The translations under genes and the position numbers were made by a program. A model generated the notes under the pieces. That model saw only the letters and a list, made by a program, of their open reading frames with translations. It searched no databases and was not told the origin of the DNA. DNA of 64,000 nt from a virus: the IMG/VR virus record IMGVR_UViG_3300033145_000668, positions 31,175 through 95,174 of that record; one strand, written 5' to 3'. This document shows, in pieces, positions 60,639 to 64,000 of this stretch; positions within the stretch are counted from its first letter, which is position 1; each line of letters begins with the position of its first letter.

Positions 60639-61405
60639 TGATAAATACATTAGAAGATATGCAAAAATTTGAAAGATACTCAAATATAAATATATTGAAA
60701 GATTGCTTTTTTGCAATCAGGGTTGATGGTCGGTCATTCCATACAGAAGTTAAAAAAATGAAAATGGAAAGACCTTTTGATAAAAAATTAAGGAATGCTA
60801 TAAATAAGGCTATTAAATCTGTCATGAAAGATTTCGGATGTTTATTCGCATATACCGAAAGCGATGAAGTGACTTTTTTATTCTCTAAAAATTCAGAATT
60901 ATTTGATAGAAGATTGGAAAAATTAATATCATTGGTTGCTTCAAAAATGAGTGTTGAATTTTCAAAAAGTAAAATAGCAAAAGGAACATGTCCAACATTT
61001 GATGCAAGAATTCTAGAACTACCATCTAACGATTTAGTAATTAAATGTTTTCAATGGAGACAAATGGATTCTCATAGAAATGCAATTTCTACTCAATGTT
61101 TTTGGAGATTAGTTAAAGAAGGAGAATCAGAAAGAAAGGCAACAAAAATAATGGAAGGAATGAAAGATGCAGATAAAAATGAATTACTATTTAAAAGATT
61201 TAATTGTAATTATAATAATACTCCAGAATGGACAAGAAAAGGTACTATGTTTTACATAAAAGAATATAATAAGAAAGGTTATAATCCAATTAAAAAACAG
61301 AAAGAGAATGCAATAAGAAAAAAGATAGTTTGTGAAAACATCACGGTTCATTTTAGAAAAGATAATCTTAAAGATTGGTTAAATAAAGGAGTGAAAATCA
61401 TTTAA
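60638..61405 (+). CDS. thg1: tRNA(His) guanylyltransferase / Thg1-like protein
   Basis: 'IRVDGRSFH', 'PFD', 'YTESDE', 'FDAR', 'WRQMD..RN', 'KNELL', 'RKGT'. Confidence 0.92.
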   Translation: MINTLEDMQKFERYSNINILKDCFFAIRVDGRSFHTEVKKMKMERPFDKKLRNAINKAIKSVMKDFGCLFAYTESDEVTFLFSKNSELFDRRLEKLISLVASKMSVEFSKSKIAKGTCPTFDARILELPSNDLVIKCFQWRQMDSHRNAISTQCFWRLVKEGESERKATKIMEGMKDADKNELLFKRFNCNYNNTPEWTRKGTMFYIKEYNKKGYNPIKKQKENAIRKKIVCENITVHFRKDNLKDWLNKGVKII

Positions 61406-61406
61406 A

Positions 61407-61772
61407 ATGACAGAAGAGATAAAAATACCATATAAACAGTACATCGTTGTGCCTCGTAAGCCGAAAATGACAAAAGGTAAAATCGGAAGTCAAGTGGCCC
61501 ACGCAACATTCTTAGCACTTGAAAAACAAAAAGATAAAAAACTTATTAATGAATGGAAAGATAAAGGAATGTGTGTAATTGTACTTGAATGTGATAATGA
61601 ACTTCAGTTAAATAATTTAGCTAAATATTTAGAACAATGGAAAGTTCCTCATCATATGTATGTTGACGAGGGGCTGTATGGTTGTAAACCTTTTACGGCT
61701 ACAGCTTTGGCTACTGGTGTTTTGACTGAAGAATATTATTGGATGTTTGAAACAATGAAGTTGTTTAAATGA
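61407..61772 (+). CDS. pth2: Peptidyl-tRNA hydrolase Pth2
   Basis: 'KQYIVV', 'MTKGKIGSQVAHA', 'W...G...IVL', 'VDEG', 'TALA'. Confidence 0.88.
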   Translation: MTEEIKIPYKQYIVVPRKPKMTKGKIGSQVAHATFLALEKQKDKKLINEWKDKGMCVIVLECDNELQLNNLAKYLEQWKVPHHMYVDEGLYGCKPFTATALATGVLTEEYYWMFETMKLFK

Positions 61773-61816
61773 AAACATTTATAAACCCTAAATTATTAAA
61801 TATAATATAAAAGAAA

Positions 61817-62242
61817 ATGGTGAAAGTAGATATAAAATTAAAAGAGACAAGAATAAAAAACAAAGAGATACTGAAAAGTATTGATGTGCTTGATAAAACT
61901 TATTGTAAAAATTTAAAGACAATTGCAAAATTGCAAGCCGAAAATGTTTTAGCAAAATCAAAACAGAGAAGATTGAGAACTAATATTATAACAATGAGAA
62001 ATATAAAAATAGATAGAAGATTAAGCACTAAAGAAAAACTTAAAATAATAAAAGACAGAGGAAATAAATGTAAAGAGTGTTCAGCCACAACAAGATTAAC
62101 TATTCATCATAAAAAGAGTTTGTCGTTAGGTGGAACTAATCGTGATAATAATTTAGAAGTACTGTGTATAGATTGTCACAGAAAACATCACCCAATAAAT
62201 GAAACTGCAATATTAAATGGAGAGATACCGAAAGTAAAATGA
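61817..62242 (+). CDS. HNH endonuclease
   Basis: 'CKEC', 'TIHHK...GGTN..NNL.VLCIDCH'. Confidence 0.85.
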   Translation: MVKVDIKLKETRIKNKEILKSIDVLDKTYCKNLKTIAKLQAENVLAKSKQRRLRTNIITMRNIKIDRRLSTKEKLKIIKDRGNKCKECSATTRLTIHHKKSLSLGGTNRDNNLEVLCIDCHRKHHPINETAILNGEIPKVK

Positions 62243-62457
62243 CATTAATTAAATGTAAAAACTGTAATAGAGAACATCCGGAGTCAACTTCTAACTGTTG
62301 TTGGATAAGTTGTGAATGCGGAAAAACAATTTGCGGTCAGTGCGATTATGCTGGAGAAAATTGGACCGACGTTTCCAGCGGTGATGATGAAGACCAGTAT
62401 TGGTGCTGTAAAGGATGTCCAGATTGTGGATTAAGTGGTTGTGCGATGTGTATTTAA
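62239..62457 (+). CDS. Cys-rich small protein
   Basis: Multiple CxxC/CC motifs in 72 aa. Confidence 0.55.
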   Translation: MTLIKCKNCNREHPESTSNCCWISCECGKTICGQCDYAGENWTDVSSGDDEDQYWCCKGCPDCGLSGCAMCI

Positions 62458-62485
62458 AATGATAGTAAATGGAGAAGTATAAAAG

Positions 62486-63238
62486 ATGAGTAAATATAAA
62501 TTAAATAAAAAATGTATTATATGCAATAAGAATATTTTAGATAAAAATAAAACTGGGTTTTGTAATAAACATAGAGATAGAACAGGAAAGAATAATCCAT
62601 TTTATGGTAAAAAGCATACAATAGAATATAAAGAAAAAGCAAGAATTAGAAGTTCTATATCGACTAAAAAACTTTGGCAAGACCCAGAATATAGAAATAA
62701 AGTTATTAAAGGAACTTCTAAACCTAGACGAGAAAAATTTAAACAGGAGCAAAGTGAAAGAATAACACAGTGGTATATAGATAATCCAGAACAAAGAGAA
62801 ATTAGAAGAGAAAAAATGAAAGAATCTTGGAAGAATGGAAAGATTACTCCAAATAAACGTGTTATTTCAAATAAAAGTAAAAAAGAAAAAAAATTATTTT
62901 TGAAAATAAAAAGATTATTTATCAACGCTGATGATAAATGTACTATACACTCCGAAACTAATTGGTTTCTTCCGGATATTTATATTGAAGATATAAACCT
63001 AATTATAGAATTTAAAGGAAATTATTGGCACGCTAATCCTAAATATTATAATGAAGACGATATTGTTCATCACAATATTATAGCTAAAGATATTTGGGAA
63101 AAAGATAATTTAAGAGAAAAAGAATTAGAAAAATTAGGTTATGAAGTATTTGTAGTTTGGGAAGATGATTATGATAATGATATAAATTATATTATTAAGA
63201 ATATAGATAGTTATAATTGGGAGAGTTGTTCAATATGA
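62486..63238 (+). CDS. NUMOD3 + Vsr/DUF559-like homing endonuclease
   Basis: 'NPFYGKKHT', 'PDIY...IIEFKGNYWH', 'LGYEVFVVWE'. Confidence 0.8.
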   Translation: MSKYKLNKKCIICNKNILDKNKTGFCNKHRDRTGKNNPFYGKKHTIEYKEKARIRSSISTKKLWQDPEYRNKVIKGTSKPRREKFKQEQSERITQWYIDNPEQREIRREKMKESWKNGKITPNKRVISNKSKKEKKLFLKIKRLFINADDKCTIHSETNWFLPDIYIEDINLIIEFKGNYWHANPKYYNEDDIVHHNIIAKDIWEKDNLREKELEKLGYEVFVVWEDDYDNDINYIIKNIDSYNWESCSI

Positions 63239-64000
63239 CAATACAAAAAATATATTATAATAAAAAATTACAAAAAGTTCCAATTAAAAGTTGGGTAACA
63301 GATATAGAATCAAGTACAATAGAACAAGCAAAAAATTTATCTCAACTTTCATTTATTTTTAAACATATTGCATTAATGCCTGATGCTCATTGTGGTTATG
63401 GACCACCAATCGGGTCTGTTTTTGCAACAAAAGATGTTGTAATTCCATATGCGGTGGGAAGCGATATCGGGTGTGGAATGATTGCAGTAAGGACTTCGAT
63501 TAAGACAATGGAGTTTAAAACAGAAGAATTAAAAAGCATCATAGGAGAAGTAAGAAAAGAAATTCCAACTGGGTTTAAAAAACACAGTACGTGTCAAGGT
63601 GAAATGCCACAACCGTGTATACTATTAACTTCAAATAAATCTATAGTAATGCAAGAATGGAAAAATGCTCAAATTTCGTTAGGCACGTTGGGTTCGGGCA
63701 ATCATTTTTTGGAATTTCAAAAAGGAGATGATGGTTTTGTTTGGATAATGATTCATTCGGGAAGTCGAAATCTAGGTCAAAAAGTTTGTAAACATTATCA
63801 TGAGTTAGCTAAAGAATTAAATAAAAAGTGGTGCATTACTATTCCAGATGATTGGAGGTTAAATTATTTTCCAATAGATTCAGATGAGGGAAAAATGTAT
63901 TTAGCAGAAATGAATTACTGTTTGGAATTTGCTCAAGCTAATAGAGATGCTATGATGAACAAATGCAAAGAAGTATTCATTAAAATAATAGGAGAAGGAA
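63235..64000 (+). CDS. rtcB: RNA-splicing/repair ligase RtcB, 3'-truncated by the window edge, not in the ORF track
   Basis: Manual translation: 'LMPDAHCGYGPPIG', 'VGSDIGCGM', 'LGTLGSGNHFLE', 'HSGSRNLG'. Confidence 0.92.
   Translation, partial: MTIQKIYYNKKLQKVPIKSWVTDIESSTIEQAKNLSQLSFIFKHIALMPDAHCGYGPPIGSVFATKDVVIPYAVGSDIGCGMIAVRTSIKTMEFKTEELKSIIGEVRKEIPTGFKKHSTCQGEMPQPCILLTSNKSIVMQEWKNAQISLGTLGSGNHFLEFQKGDDGFVWIMIHSGSRNLGQKVCKHYHELAKELNKKWCITIPDDWRLNYFPIDSDEGKMYLAEMNYCLEFAQANRDAMMNKCKEVFIKIIGEG

Noticed and set aside
1830-62925. Many short opposite-strand ORFs in the track (e.g. 1830-2084, 2977-3399, 44804-45328, 58122-58484, 62602-62925)
   Set aside because: Antisense shadows of well-supported genes, with S/F/L/I-biased composition
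1-64000. Alternative genetic code, provirus boundary or Borg element
   Set aside because: Conserved genes are full length in the standard code; no integrase, att site or host housekeeping block; tail-like genes and small repeat units fit a tailed virus better

Overview
The window is 64 kb of an AT-rich, densely coding virus genome. Archaeal-type TATA boxes sit about 21-30 nt upstream of start codons, and Pth2, Hjc-like resolvase, AEP/MCM-like primase-helicase, Sm-like, AbrB and wHTH genes are present. Together these point to a tailed dsDNA virus of an archaeon, possibly DPANN (inference). Layout: (1) 1-4.9 kb (+): end of a tail/structural module and membrane proteins. (2) 4.9-21 kb (-): a ~16 kb glycan/modification cluster with 6 glycosyltransferase-like genes, 4 radical SAM enzymes (one B12-dependent), a split transketolase, an SDR and methyltransferases. 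(3) 22-35.8 kb (-): replication genes (PolB, Cas4-like nuclease, primase-helicase, resolvase) with an embedded 7-deazaguanine cluster (QueD, QueE, PRTase, FolE2, DpdL-like T-fold fused to LAGLIDADG, DpdA/TGT-like; no QueC in the window). (4) 36-42 kb (-): small ORFs. (5) 42-49 kb: strand-switch region with iteron-like repeats, tandem repeats, cassette-like early genes, three tRNA-like elements with defective anticodon arms and several structured RNAs, two of which share a conserved linker. (6) 49-64 kb (+): small ORFs, then a tRNA/RNA repair block (CCA-adding enzyme, DNA ligase, Thg1, Pth2, RtcB) interspersed with homing endonucleases. All calls come from reading motifs by eye; no searches were run.
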